From: Paracoccus suum | GTDB taxonomy: Bacteria > Pseudomonadota > Alphaproteobacteria > Rhodobacterales > Rhodobacteraceae | Assembly (NCBI RefSeq): GCF_003324675.1 | Contig: NZ_CP030918.1 | Location: 2,430,001-2,462,000, forward strand | Length of the DNA: 32,000 nucleotides | Reading direction: 5' to 3' | Shown here: positions 1 through 10,017 of the stretch, piece by piece | Layout: every line of letters starts with the position of its first letter | Position numbering within the stretch: the first letter of the stretch is position 1 | Program-made: the position numbers and the translations under genes | Notes under the pieces: generated by a model | Told to the model about the DNA's origin: nothing | The model's input: only the letters and a program-made list of their open reading frames with translations | Database searches by the model: none

Positions 1-1399
<1,399 letters not shown>

Positions 1400-1578
1400 G
1401 GGGGTTGCGCCTCAAGATATTGTTGTGCCGGGGTATAGCCGCCCCTGCGGGTGGGTGCAACGAATGGCTGGAGTGGGCTGGCCAAGGCTGGCCTGGAAAA
1501 GCAGGGGGAAAGCCCGCCCGCCATTGCGAGCGCCGTCCCGGCCGCCTATTCTTCGCTCGACGCCGCCCAGAGGGTCCG

Positions 1579-2526
1579 ATGCCTTGCCTTGCCGACGGCG
1601 GCGACAGCCGAACGCGCGACTACCTGCTGATCCGCTGCGGCGCGGTCGGTTCCCGCGAGATGCGGCTGGCGCGGCACCTTGCTGCGTGGTTCGGGCCCCG
1701 CATCCGTTATCTGGTCGATGCCTCGGCCGGACCGGCGGAGATTGACCCCGCGGCGCGCGCCGCCTCCATCCAGATCACGCCGGAGTGGCTGGCGCATCGC
1801 CGCCTGATCTCGTTTGAGACCTCTGGCTGGCGCTGCGGCGACTACTGCTATTATGCGGCCGTGGACATGATCCCCGAGATGGACCGGGCTTGGCTTATCG
1901 AGGCGGATGTGTGGCCCAGCTTCGATGATCCCGGCGCGTTCTTCGCGCCGCTGGAGGCAGACCCCGCCGATTTCCTGGCGCCGCTTTACTCGCCGCGGGG
2001 CGGGGCGTGGTTCTGGTCCTATACCGCGCGGCGGGTGCTCGGGCCAAAGGTGGCTGTGCATGGGTGCCTCTTTCCCCTCACCCGAATGACGCGCACGGCG
2101 ATGCTGCACCTGCTGCACAGCCGTGCCGCGTCCTTCACGGTGACTGCGCGGCGCCCGACCACTAGCGGCTGGCATGATGTCGCGCCCTTTCCGGTGCCTA
2201 ATGACGAGGCTTTCGTCGCGACCGTGCTGACGCGGGACGGGTTTGTCTGCGGCGATCTGTCGGCGCGTGCGCCCGACGCTTTTCTGCCCGACGGATTTAC
2301 CTGGGATGCGCCGCTCCACCCCGCCGAGATTCGGCTGCCCGCGCTGCGTAACCGGATATTGCACCCCGTTCTGGATGCCGATGCCGCGCCCCGCAAACTT
2401 GGTATGCTGTTCCAGCGTCAGCCGACGCGACACGCAGAACGCCGCGCCCAGGTGATCGAACGCCTGGGCGCGGCGGCTTGGACCCGATGGTCGGGCGAAC
2501 CCCTGCGGGACGCGGCAGTCCCGTAG
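1579..2526 (+). CDS. hypothetical protein, family not recognised
   Basis: The track ORF 1405..2526 starts at a TTG only 5 nt from the gyrA start, leaving no promoter space. The first ATG with an SD (GAGGG, 4 nt upstream) is 1579 (MPCLADGGDSRTRDYLLIRCGAVGS...). It encodes 315 aa with no signal peptide or TM segment. Long ORFs are common in this GC range, so coding status is only moderately supported. Confidence 0.5.
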   Translation: MPCLADGGDSRTRDYLLIRCGAVGSREMRLARHLAAWFGPRIRYLVDASAGPAEIDPAARAASIQITPEWLAHRRLISFETSGWRCGDYCYYAAVDMIPEMDRAWLIEADVWPSFDDPGAFFAPLEADPADFLAPLYSPRGGAWFWSYTARRVLGPKVAVHGCLFPLTRMTRTAMLHLLHSRAASFTVTARRPTTSGWHDVAPFPVPNDEAFVATVLTRDGFVCGDLSARAPDAFLPDGFTWDAPLHPAEIRLPALRNRILHPVLDADAAPRKLGMLFQRQPTRHAERRAQVIERLGAAAWTRWSGEPLRDAAVP

Positions 2527-2562
2527 GGAGGATTGCGCAGCAATCGGGCCCTGCTTGCGGCC

Positions 2563-3105
2563 TTACTTCTTCTTTCCAGCCTTGGCCTTCTCGCCGGCGG
2601 CGGCCGGATTGGCCGAGCTTTCCGCCACGTCGGTCAGGGCTTCGTCTGCGGCTTCTTCCTCGTCGAGGTTGGCCTGCAGCAGGTCGGCGACCTCGTCGAG
2701 GCCCAGCAGGTCAGCATAGGCAACAAGGCTGCCATAGCGCGTGATCTCGTAATGCTCGACCGCCTGGCACGAGAAGATGATCGCGGCATCACCGGCTTCG
2801 GTGCCGCCGAAATCCTTCAGCAGCGATTCGCCCTCTTTCAGGATGCCGTCCATGGCGTCGCAAGTCTGGGCAACGGCCTTTTTGTCCATCGCCGCAAACG
2901 CCTCCTCGAGGCGCTTGATGTGACCCGCGGTCTCTTCGCGGTGGTTGGTCAGCCCTTCGATCAGGGCCTCATCCTTTGCCGCGTCGATCATCTTGGGCAG
3001 CGCTTTGTAAATGCGGTTCTCGGCGTAATAAATGTCCTTCAGACCATGCTCGAGCAGGTCGATCAGGGTTTTATCCTCAGAAGCAGTGCTTTTCTTGTCG
3101 GCCAT
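2563..3105 (-). CDS. ferritin-like DUF892 (YciE/YciF family) protein
   Basis: The 180-aa sequence [70 protein letters not shown]...[17 protein letters not shown] fits the YciE/YciF four-helix pattern. GGAAGGG lies 8 nt upstream of the ATG. The protein ends in an Ala/Lys-rich tail. Confidence 0.85.
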   Translation of the reverse strand: MADKKSTASEDKTLIDLLEHGLKDIYYAENRIYKALPKMIDAAKDEALIEGLTNHREETAGHIKRLEEAFAAMDKKAVAQTCDAMDGILKEGESLLKDFGGTEAGDAAIIFSCQAVEHYEITRYGSLVAYADLLGLDEVADLLQANLDEEEAADEALTDVAESSANPAAAGEKAKAGKKK

Positions 3106-3324
3106 CGTATATACCCTTCCAGACTTCCCGGAGGCATCAGCGCCCTCGCCGGGTCGCGGTTCAACCCATTGCCGCGGCAGGCGTTCCGGGCTCTCGCGGC
3201 ATTCTTTTCACGGCCTCGCGGCGGCCGCGTCCGCCCCTCTGCAAACGCCCGCCTCAAACCTATTGCTTACTGGCGGGACGGCGGGCGGAATGACAGCCTT
3301 CGTCCAGGTAACTCCAGGGAGGAG

Positions 3325-3903
3325 ATGATGGCGAACGTGTCTATCCATCCGGCCGTCGACAACGGCGTGCGGCCGGGGCAGCTGAACTTCGCCGGCGGCG
3401 AGTTGCACTGCCATTGCGCCAGCAACCCGGTGCGCGTGAAGGTCGGCGCGAACACTGCCCACAACCATGTTTGCGGCTGCACCAAGTGCTGGAAGCCCGA
3501 AGGCGCGACCTTCAGCCAGGTCGCCGTGGTCGGCCGGGACGCGGTCAGCGTGGTCTCGGGCGAGGACAAGCTTGAGGTGGTGGACAGCAACGCGGCGATC
3601 CAGCGCCACCGCTGCCGGGACTGCGGCGTCCACATGTATGGCCGGATCGAGAACAAGGATCATCCGTTCTACGGCCTCGATTTCGTCCATACCGAGCTTT
3701 CGGACCAGGACGGCTGGTCGGCACCCGAGTTCGCGGCCTTCGTCAGCAGCGTGATCGAAAGCGGCACGCCGCCCGGCAATATGGACGCTATCCGCGCCCG
3801 CCTGCGCGAACTTGGCCTGCCTCCCTATGACGCGCTGTCCCCACCGCTGATGGACGCCATTGCGACGCATATCGCCAAGGCCACGGGAAAATTGGCGGCA
3901 TAA
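3325..3903 (+). CDS. gfa: S-(hydroxymethyl)glutathione synthase (glutathione-dependent formaldehyde-activating enzyme)
   Basis: This is the C-terminal 192 aa of track ORF 2533..3903. [38 protein letters not shown]...[27 protein letters not shown]...[55 protein letters not shown]...[15 protein letters not shown] is near-collinear with the Paracoccus denitrificans Gfa as I remember it, including the Zn-binding Cys clusters. GGGAGGAG lies directly upstream. The start could be ATG 3325 or ATG 3328. Confidence 0.93.
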   Translation: MMANVSIHPAVDNGVRPGQLNFAGGELHCHCASNPVRVKVGANTAHNHVCGCTKCWKPEGATFSQVAVVGRDAVSVVSGEDKLEVVDSNAAIQRHRCRDCGVHMYGRIENKDHPFYGLDFVHTELSDQDGWSAPEFAAFVSSVIESGTPPGNMDAIRARLRELGLPPYDALSPPLMDAIATHIAKATGKLAA

Positions 3904-4068
3904 AGTCAGCCTTGAAACGTCCGCGCAGAGGCAAGGCGCTCACACGCACCGAAGATCGGGGGCATCCTTTCGGGGCTGCCCCCACACCCGTTCCGGGCTA
4001 CTGAGCCAGCACCCATACCCAACCGCGAGCGATCACGCATCTCGCGTCCAGCCGAAGGAGAGTTCCAG

Positions 4069-5196
4069 ATGAAAACCCGCGCCGCAGTCGCGCTCGAGGC
4101 CGGGCGTCCGCTCGAGGTGATGGAAGTCGAACTCGACGGGCCGAAGGCTGGCGAGGTCATGGTGGAGATCAAAGCCACCGGCATCTGCCATACCGATGAA
4201 TTCACGCTGTCCGGCGCCGACCCCGAGGGGCTGTTTCCCGCCATCCTGGGTCACGAGGGCGCTGGCATCGTGGTCGAAGTCGGCCCGGGCGTTACCTCGG
4301 TCAAGGTGGGCGACCACGTCATTCCGCTCTATACTCCGGAATGCCGCAACTGCCCGTCCTGCCTGTCGCGCAAGACGAATCTTTGCACCGCGATCCGCAG
4401 CACGCAGGGCCAGGGCCTGATGCCCGACGGGACCACCCGCTTTCAAATGCTGGATGGCACGCCCTTGTTTCACTACATGGGCTGCTCGACCTTCTCGAAC
4501 TATACCGTCCTGCCCGAGATCGCGGTCGCCAAGGTTGCCGAGGACGCGCCGTTCGACAAGATCTGCTATGTCGGCTGTGGCGTGACGACCGGGGTCGGCG
4601 CGGTGATCTATACCGCCAAGGTCGAGCAGGGCGCGAAATGCGCGGTCTTCGGCCTCGGGGGTATCGGCCTCAACGTCATCCAGGGCCTCAAGATGGCTGG
4701 CGCTGACATGATCATCGGCGTCGACATCAACAACGACCGCGAGGAATGGGGTCGCCGCTTCGGCATGACCCATTTCGTCAACCCGAAGGACGTCGGCAAT
4801 GTGGTCGAGACGCTGGTCAACATGACCAAGACGCCGTTCGATCAGATCGGCGGTTGCGACTACACCTTCGATTGCACCGGCAACGTCAATGTCATGCGCC
4901 AGGCGCTGGAGGCATGCCATCGCGGCTGGGGCCAGTCGATCGTGATCGGCGTGGCGCCCGCGGGGGCCGAAATCCAGACCCGTCCGTTCCAGCTGGTCAC
5001 CGGCCGCGTCTGGAAGGGCAGCGCATTTGGCGGCGCGCGCGGCCGCACGGATGTGCCGATGATCGTCGACTGGTACATGGACGGAAAGATCCAGATCGAC
5101 CCGCTGATCACCCACCTGCTGACGCTGGACGAAATCAACAAGGGGTTCGACCTGATGCACGCTGGCGAGTCGATCCGCAGCGTCGTCGTCTACTGA
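4069..5196 (+). CDS. flhA: S-(hydroxymethyl)glutathione dehydrogenase / class III alcohol dehydrogenase (GSH-dependent formaldehyde dehydrogenase)
   Basis: The 375-aa protein carries [39 protein letters not shown] (structural Zn) and [12 protein letters not shown] (Rossmann fold), and ends IRSVVVY. GAAGGAG SD lies upstream. Confidence 0.95.
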   Translation: MKTRAAVALEAGRPLEVMEVELDGPKAGEVMVEIKATGICHTDEFTLSGADPEGLFPAILGHEGAGIVVEVGPGVTSVKVGDHVIPLYTPECRNCPSCLSRKTNLCTAIRSTQGQGLMPDGTTRFQMLDGTPLFHYMGCSTFSNYTVLPEIAVAKVAEDAPFDKICYVGCGVTTGVGAVIYTAKVEQGAKCAVFGLGGIGLNVIQGLKMAGADMIIGVDINNDREEWGRRFGMTHFVNPKDVGNVVETLVNMTKTPFDQIGGCDYTFDCTGNVNVMRQALEACHRGWGQSIVIGVAPAGAEIQTRPFQLVTGRVWKGSAFGGARGRTDVPMIVDWYMDGKIQIDPLITHLLTLDEINKGFDLMHAGESIRSVVVY

Positions 5197-5693
5197 TGGC
5201 GTCAGGCATCACCGTCCGCCCGGCCGCGGCGGACGATGCCGACGCGATCTGGTCAGTGCTGCAGCCGGTGTTTCGCGCGGGGCAGACGTATTGCGTGCCG
5301 CGCGACATCACTCGCGAGGCAGCGCTGGCCGACTGGCATGCGCCGCCCTTCTCGGTGTTCGTGGCCGAGGATGCGCAAAGTCGCATCCTCGGCACTTCGC
5401 ATGTTGGCGCAAACCGTCCCGGCGGGGGCGATCATGTCGCCAACGCCTCGTTCGCGACCGCCCCCGAGGCGCGCGGGCAGGGAGTCGCCTCTGCGCTTTG
5501 CGCCCATGCGCTCGACTGGGCGGCAGGGCAGGGGTTTCGCGCCATGCAGTTCAACTTTGTCGTCGCAACCAATACCGGTGCCATACGGCTGTGGACTGCC
5601 CATGGCTTTCAGACCCTGTGCCGCCTGCCCGGCGCCTTTCGCCACCCGGCCGAGGGCTTCGTCGACGCTCTCGTCATGTTTCGCCCGCTCTGA
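5196..5693 (+). CDS. GNAT family N-acetyltransferase
   Basis: The in-frame internal start of track ORF 4746..5693 is used. ATG 5196 overlaps the flhA stop (TGATG). The 165-aa protein [26 protein letters not shown]... contains the acetyl-CoA motif RGQGVASALCAHALDWAAGQGFRAMQFNFVVATNTGAIRLWTAHGFQ. Confidence 0.8.
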   Translation: MASGITVRPAAADDADAIWSVLQPVFRAGQTYCVPRDITREAALADWHAPPFSVFVAEDAQSRILGTSHVGANRPGGGDHVANASFATAPEARGQGVASALCAHALDWAAGQGFRAMQFNFVVATNTGAIRLWTAHGFQTLCRLPGAFRHPAEGFVDALVMFRPL

Positions 5694-5702
5694 GAGGATC
5701 CC

Positions 5703-6539
5703 ATGGACCTGGAAACCGTTTCCGAAAACCGCGCCTTTGGCGGAACGCAGGGCGTCTATCGCCACAAGAGCGCAGCCACCGGCACCGATATGACCTTTGC
5801 CGTCTATCTGCCCCCGGCGGCCGAGGCAGGGCCGGTCCCCGTCCTGTGGTACCTGTCCGGCCTGACCTGCACGCATGAGAATGCGATGAACAAGGCCGCG
5901 GCGCAGGGCCCCGCGTCCGAAGCCGGAATCGCGCTGATCTTCCCCGATACCTCGCCGCGGGGCGAGGGGGTGGCGGACGATGCGGCTTTCGATCTGGGGC
6001 AGGGGGCTGGCTTTTACGTCAACGCGACCGAGGCGCCGTGGGCGCCCCATTACCGGATGTGGGACTATGTTGTCGACGAGTTGCTGGCCCTTGTGGGCGA
6101 TCATTTCCCCCTGGACTTGACCGCGCAGGGGATCACTGGCCATTCGATGGGTGGCCATGGCGCGCTCACGCTCGCGATGACCCTGCCGGAGCGTTTCCGC
6201 AGCGTCTCGGCCTTCGCGCCCATCGCGAACCCAGTGGCCTCGGACTGGGGCCGCAAGCAGTTCGCGGCCTACCTCGGGCCGGACGAGGCGAAATGGGCGA
6301 GCCATGACGCCAGCCTGCTGATGGCCGAGCGCGGCTTTCCCGGCGAGGTGCTGATCGACCAGGGCGGCGAAGACCAGTTCCTCGACAAGCTGATGCCCGA
6401 GGCGCTGGCGCATGCGATGATGAAGCGTCGGCAGCCGGGCATGATGCGCATGCAGCCAGGGTACGATCACAGCTATTTCTTCGTCTCCAGCTTCATGCCC
6501 GATCACGTCGACTGGCATGCAGAGCGCCTCTGGACCTGA
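5703..6539 (+). CDS. fghA: S-formylglutathione hydrolase (esterase D family)
   Basis: The 278-aa protein contains FGGTQGVYRHKS...VLWYLSGLTCTHENAM, the nucleophile elbow GHSMGGHGAL, and DQGGEDQFL...GYDHSYFF. GAGAGGA SD lies upstream. Confidence 0.95.
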   Translation: MDLETVSENRAFGGTQGVYRHKSAATGTDMTFAVYLPPAAEAGPVPVLWYLSGLTCTHENAMNKAAAQGPASEAGIALIFPDTSPRGEGVADDAAFDLGQGAGFYVNATEAPWAPHYRMWDYVVDELLALVGDHFPLDLTAQGITGHSMGGHGALTLAMTLPERFRSVSAFAPIANPVASDWGRKQFAAYLGPDEAKWASHDASLLMAERGFPGEVLIDQGGEDQFLDKLMPEALAHAMMKRRQPGMMRMQPGYDHSYFFVSSFMPDHVDWHAERLWT

Positions 6540-6566
6540 AGATAGCCGACATTTTCGGATGTTAAC

Positions 6567-6600
6567 GACACCGCGGGCATCTCCGCGGTGTTTGCATTTT
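6567..6600 (+). terminator. Rho-independent terminator downstream of fghA
   Basis: Stem ACACCGCGG (6568-6576) pairs with CCGCGGTGT (6583-6591) around the loop GCATCT. It is followed by TTGCATTTT (6592-6600) and lies 28 nt after the fghA stop. Confidence 0.6.
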
Positions 6601-6827
6601 CGCCCATCGGTGCGGGACGCCGCTCCGCCGCTGACCCGCCGAGTCTAGCCATAAGACTTTAGCCGCAGCAAAGCCCCGCCTGCGTTGACGCATTGTAATC
6701 CGCGGGCTGTGATACTCGTGCTTGCGATCTGGTCCCGGGGGAAAAGGGGGCCGCCGCAGTTTGACGGACGGCGCGCCGGGACTTCCCCCGCAGCTGGGTC
6801 CGGACAGGATGACAGGGGAGGGAAACG

Positions 6828-9104
6828 ATGCTGAAGTTGCTGACATCAGCCGCCGGGCTGGCCATTTTCGCAACCGGGGCGCTGGCCAATGAAAGCGTAA
6901 TGGCCCTGACCAAGGACGACACCCAGTGGGCGTTGCAGACCAAGGACTACGCCAACACGCGCTATTCGACGCTGAAGCAGATCACCAAGGAAAACGTCGG
7001 TGACATGCGCGTGGCATGGAGCTTTTCGACGGGCGTGCTGCGCGGCCACGAAGGTGGACCGCTGGTCGTGGACGGCATCATGTATGTCCACACGCCGTTT
7101 CCGAACAACATCTTTGCGCTTGATCTGAACGACAACGGAAAGATCCTGTGGTCCTACAAGCCGCAGCAAAACCCCGAGACGATCGCGGTCATGTGCTGCG
7201 ATACCATCTATCGCGGCCTCGCCTATGCCGACGGCACGGTATTCCTGGCGCAGGCCGACACGACGCTGGTCGCGCTGGACGCAAAGTCGGGCGCGGTAAA
7301 ATGGTCGGTCAAGACCGGTGATCCGGCGATTGGCGAGACCAGCACCGCAACCGTGACCCCGGTCAAGGACAAGCTCCTGGTGGGGATCTCGGGCGGCGAA
7401 TATGGCGTGCGCGGTCGCATGACCGCCTACAACATCAGCGACGGCAGCGTCGCGTGGCAGGCTTGGTCCACCGGACCCGATGCCGATATGCTGGTCGATC
7501 CCGAAAAGACCATGGTGCTGGGCAAGCCGATTGGCGCCGACAGTTCGCTGAAGAGCTGGGAAGGCGATCAGTGGAAGATTGGCGGCGGCACCACCTGGGG
7601 CTGGACCTCGTATGACCCGGATCTGAACCTGGTCTATTACGGAACCGGCAACCCCTCGACCTGGAACCCGTCGCAGCGTCCGGGTGACAACAAGTGGTCG
7701 ATGACGATCATGGCCCGCGATGCCGACACCGGCATGGCGAAGTGGTTCTACCAGATGACGCCCCACGACGAGTGGGACTATGACGGCATCAACGAGATGA
7801 TCCTGACCGACCAGCAGTTCGACGGCAAGGATCGCAAGCTGCTCACGCACTTTGACCGGAACGGCTTTGGCTACACGCTCGACCGCGAAACGGGTGAGCT
7901 GTTGGTCGCTAAGAAGTACGACCCGGCCGTCAACTGGGCGACGGAAGTCGTCATGGACCCGTCGAGCGACCAGTATGGCCGCCCGCAGGTCGTGTCCAAA
8001 TACTCGACCGAGCAGAACGGCGAGGATACCAACTCTCAGGGTATCTGCCCGACCGCCCTCGGCAGCAAGGACCAGCAGCCGGCGGCCTACTCGCCCGAGA
8101 CGCAGCTGTTCTACGTGCCGACCAACCACGTCTGCATGGACTACGAGCCGTTCCGCGTCAGCTACACCGCCGGCCAGCCCTACATTGGGGCCACGCTGTC
8201 GATGTATCCCGCGCCCGGCAGCCATGGCGGGATGGGTAACTTCATCGCCTGGGACAACATCAAGGGCGAGATCAAGTGGACCATCCCCGAGACCTTCTCG
8301 GTCTGGTCCGGCGCCTTGGCGACCGCCGGCGGCGTGGTGTTTTACGGCACGCTCGAGGGCTATCTGAAGGCGATCGACGCCGAAACGGGCGAGGAGCTTT
8401 ACAGCTTCAAGACCCCGTCCGGGATCATCGGCAACGTGATGACCTACGAGTCCGGCGGCCAGCAGTATGTCGCCGTCCTGACGGGCGTCGGGGGCTGGGC
8501 GGGCATCGGTCTTGCGGCGGGTCTGACCGACCCGACTGCAGGTCTTGGCGCGGTTGGCGGCTATGCGTCGCTGTCGCAATACACCAATCTCGGCGGTCAG
8601 CTGACCGTGTTTGAAGTGCCGGGCACCGGCACGGGCGAGGCCAAGGTAGCCCAGGGCACCAAGCCGATCCCGGGTCCCGTTCCGATGGACAACAGCGGGA
8701 CCATGGCCCCGGCGCCAGCCCCGGCCGCGGCACCTGCCGCCCCGGCAGCGGACGGGGCAGCTCCCGCCGCTGATGCCGCACCGGCTGCGCCAGCAGCAGG
8801 TGCTGCGCCACCCGCAGCGCCAGCGGCGGACGCGGCGGCGCCGGCGGCCCCTGCGACCCCTGCCGCGGACGCTGCAGCGCCCGCGGCGGCAGCGCCCGCG
8901 GCTGGCACGGAGGCAGCGCCTGCCACCGACGCCAATGCCGAGGCGGGAGCCGCAACCGCTCAGCCCGGCACGGCCTCGAGCAGCGCGCAGGAGACCGGCA
9001 CCGTCTCGCCGAACGAGGCGCCGGCTGCCGCTCCGGCGGATGCCGCCGCTCCGGCTGCGGGCGCGGCGCCGGCACCTGCGCCCGCACCCGCGCCCTCCAA
9101 CTGA
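6828..9104 (+). CDS. xoxF: PQQ-dependent, lanthanide-type methanol/ethanol dehydrogenase XoxF with a C-terminal Ala/Pro-rich extension
   Basis: Signal peptide [22 protein letters not shown]. Vicinal Cys-Cys in VMCCD (7194-7199). DEWDYDG (DYDG = 7776-7787) carries the extra Asp diagnostic of lanthanide-dependent XoxF, where Ca-dependent MxaF has Ala. GGAGGG SD lies upstream. The canonical catalytic domain ends near residue 599 ([11 protein letters not shown], about 8624). Residues 600-758 form a low-complexity tail that runs to the TGA at 9102-9104. Confidence 0.9.
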   Translation: MLKLLTSAAGLAIFATGALANESVMALTKDDTQWALQTKDYANTRYSTLKQITKENVGDMRVAWSFSTGVLRGHEGGPLVVDGIMYVHTPFPNNIFALDLNDNGKILWSYKPQQNPETIAVMCCDTIYRGLAYADGTVFLAQADTTLVALDAKSGAVKWSVKTGDPAIGETSTATVTPVKDKLLVGISGGEYGVRGRMTAYNISDGSVAWQAWSTGPDADMLVDPEKTMVLGKPIGADSSLKSWEGDQWKIGGGTTWGWTSYDPDLNLVYYGTGNPSTWNPSQRPGDNKWSMTIMARDADTGMAKWFYQMTPHDEWDYDGINEMILTDQQFDGKDRKLLTHFDRNGFGYTLDRETGELLVAKKYDPAVNWATEVVMDPSSDQYGRPQVVSKYSTEQNGEDTNSQGICPTALGSKDQQPAAYSPETQLFYVPTNHVCMDYEPFRVSYTAGQPYIGATLSMYPAPGSHGGMGNFIAWDNIKGEIKWTIPETFSVWSGALATAGGVVFYGTLEGYLKAIDAETGEELYSFKTPSGIIGNVMTYESGGQQYVAVLTGVGGWAGIGLAAGLTDPTAGLGAVGGYASLSQYTNLGGQLTVFEVPGTGTGEAKVAQGTKPIPGPVPMDNSGTMAPAPAPAAAPAAPAADGAAPAADAAPAAPAAGAAPPAAPAADAAAPAAPATPAADAAAPAAAAPAAGTEAAPATDANAEAGAATAQPGTASSSAQETGTVSPNEAPAAAPADAAAPAAGAAPAPAPAPAPSN
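8703..9101 (+). repeat. low-complexity GCN/CCN imperfect tandem repeats encoding the Ala/Pro-rich XoxF tail
   Basis: Translation: [68 protein letters not shown]...[25 protein letters not shown]. By eye, synonymous codons (GCA/GCT, CCA/CCT) are more mixed here than in the catalytic part. Confidence 0.75.
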
Positions 9105-9121
9105 TCTGACCAACATGACGC

Positions 9122-9151
9122 GCGCGTCCCGAGGGTAACCTCGGGGCGCGC
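9122..9151 (+). promoter_or_regulatory. intercistronic stem-loop between xoxF and xoxG
   Basis: A 13-bp stem pairs GCGCGTCCCGAGG (9122-9134) with CCTCGGGGCGCGC (9139-9151), including one G-U pair. The loop GTAA is GNRA-type. No U-tract follows. Confidence 0.5.
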
Positions 9152-9192
9152 AGCCTCCACCGCGAAGCCAGCCGCGAAGAAAGAGATCATCC

Positions 9193-10017
9193 ATGACCCT
9201 GCGCGACATGCACGCCTGCCACGCGACCCAGAACAACTTCAGCCGGCCCGCCGGTCTTGGCCTGTCGCTGGCAGCGGCCTTGGCCCTCGCGGCCTCGCCA
9301 TTCCCGGCTGCGGCGCAGACCGCACCCGTTACGCCCGCCGCGCCCGCTGAAGCGACGCCGGCGCCTGCTCCCGCCGCTTCGTCTGACGCGATGCCGGCGC
9401 CTGCTGCTGCGCCCACTCCGGCAGCCCCAGCTGCTCCGGCCCCTGCCGCATCTCCGGCCGGCCAAGCTGCCGCACCCGCCGCCGCGGCCGCACCTGCGGC
9501 CGCCGCCCCGGCAGCAACCGCAGCGGCACCTGCCGAGCCGGTGCCTGAGGCAGCACCGACCGCGGCTGGCTCCGGCCCCGATACCACCGGCCCCACCGAG
9601 CAGAACAACGGCATCTGGTACACCGCCGAAGGCAATCCCACCTACAAGATCGCCGATGACGGCACGCTCGATTACGGCACCTTCGCCGGCTACATCCGCT
9701 ACACTGCCGAGTGCATGACCTGCCACGGCCCGGATGGAATGGGCTCGTCCTATGCCCCGCCGCTGAAGGACGTGGTCATGCGGATCACCTATTCCGACTT
9801 CACCGGCATCGTCGCTGGTGGCATGCAGGATGTCAGCGCTGCGCAAACCTTGGTGATGCCGTCGTTCGGCAACAATAACAACGTGATGTGCTACCTGGAC
9901 GGCATCTACGCCTATCTGCTTGCACGCGGTGAGGGCAAGGTCGACCGCGGTCGCCCGCCGAAGAAAGAACCGAAATCGGATGCCTTCAAGGCAGCCGAAG
10001 ACGAGTGCATGGGGTGA
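9193..10017 (+). CDS. xoxG: cytochrome c (c-553i / XoxG type), predicted electron acceptor of XoxF
   Basis: Signal peptide ...GLGLSLAAALALAASPFPAAA/QT. Single haem motif CMTCH (9712-9726) within YIRYTAECMTCHGPDGMGSSYAPPLKD. It sits directly after xoxF and before xoxJ. The start may alternatively be ATG 9208. Residues ~42-135 form an Ala/Pro-rich linker. Confidence 0.88.
   Translation: MTLRDMHACHATQNNFSRPAGLGLSLAAALALAASPFPAAAQTAPVTPAAPAEATPAPAPAASSDAMPAPAAAPTPAAPAAPAPAASPAGQAAAPAAAAAPAAAAPAATAAAPAEPVPEAAPTAAGSGPDTTGPTEQNNGIWYTAEGNPTYKIADDGTLDYGTFAGYIRYTAECMTCHGPDGMGSSYAPPLKDVVMRITYSDFTGIVAGGMQDVSAAQTLVMPSFGNNNNVMCYLDGIYAYLLARGEGKVDRGRPPKKEPKSDAFKAAEDECMG
9316..9597 (+). repeat. low-complexity region encoding the Ala/Pro-rich N-terminal linker of XoxG
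   Basis: Translation: [93 protein letters not shown]. The composition matches the XoxF tail 200-900 nt upstream. Confidence 0.75.

Noticed and set aside
2531-2545. Small hairpin GATTGC-GCA-GCAATC between the convergent hypothetical and DUF892 genes, as a bidirectional terminator
   Set aside because: It has only a 6-bp stem with a 3-nt loop and no flanking U or A tracts, which is too weak to call.
2533-3903. 456-aa plus-strand ORF suggesting a large Gfa fusion protein
   Set aside because: Only the last 192 codons match Gfa, and these have their own strong SD (GGGAGGAG). The upstream 264 codons are antisense to the well-supported DUF892 gene and cross the divergent intergenic region.
4033-5160. 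375-aa minus-strand ORF mirroring flhA, plus similar long antisense ORFs at 5253..6518, 9912..11102, 11779..12864, 12981..14006, 14434..15384, 18257..19222, 21112..22269, 23453..24646, 24786..25718 and 28476..29525
   Set aside because: Each lies opposite a plus-strand gene with strong family signatures. Their products are Arg/Gly/His/Pro-rich without motifs. They are GC-driven shadow ORFs.
6761-6771. Shared motif T(T/C)GACGGA(C/T)GG upstream of both xoxF (6761-6771) and pqqA (18045-18056), as a possible common regulator site
   Set aside because: By a rough estimate, a match of about 9 nt between two GC-rich regions of 150-250 nt on either strand is expected by chance. It has no dyad symmetry and no matching -10 element. 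It would need genome-wide motif enrichment to be meaningful.
8625-9104. Treating the XoxF tail as evidence of a pseudogene or of a separate small gene
   Set aside because: There is no stop or frameshift in the catalytic domain, and all catalytic signatures are intact. The tail has no independent start with an SD. A sequencing or assembly artefact in this repetitive GC-rich stretch cannot be excluded, and this is listed as a refutation test in the findings.
6846-9641. 931-aa ORF on the minus strand spanning xoxF and the start of xoxG
   Set aside because: It is antisense to a gene with unmistakable XoxF homology. Its translation is Arg/Gly/Ala/Pro-rich low-complexity sequence with no recognisable domain, typical of stop-codon-poor antisense frames in high-GC DNA.
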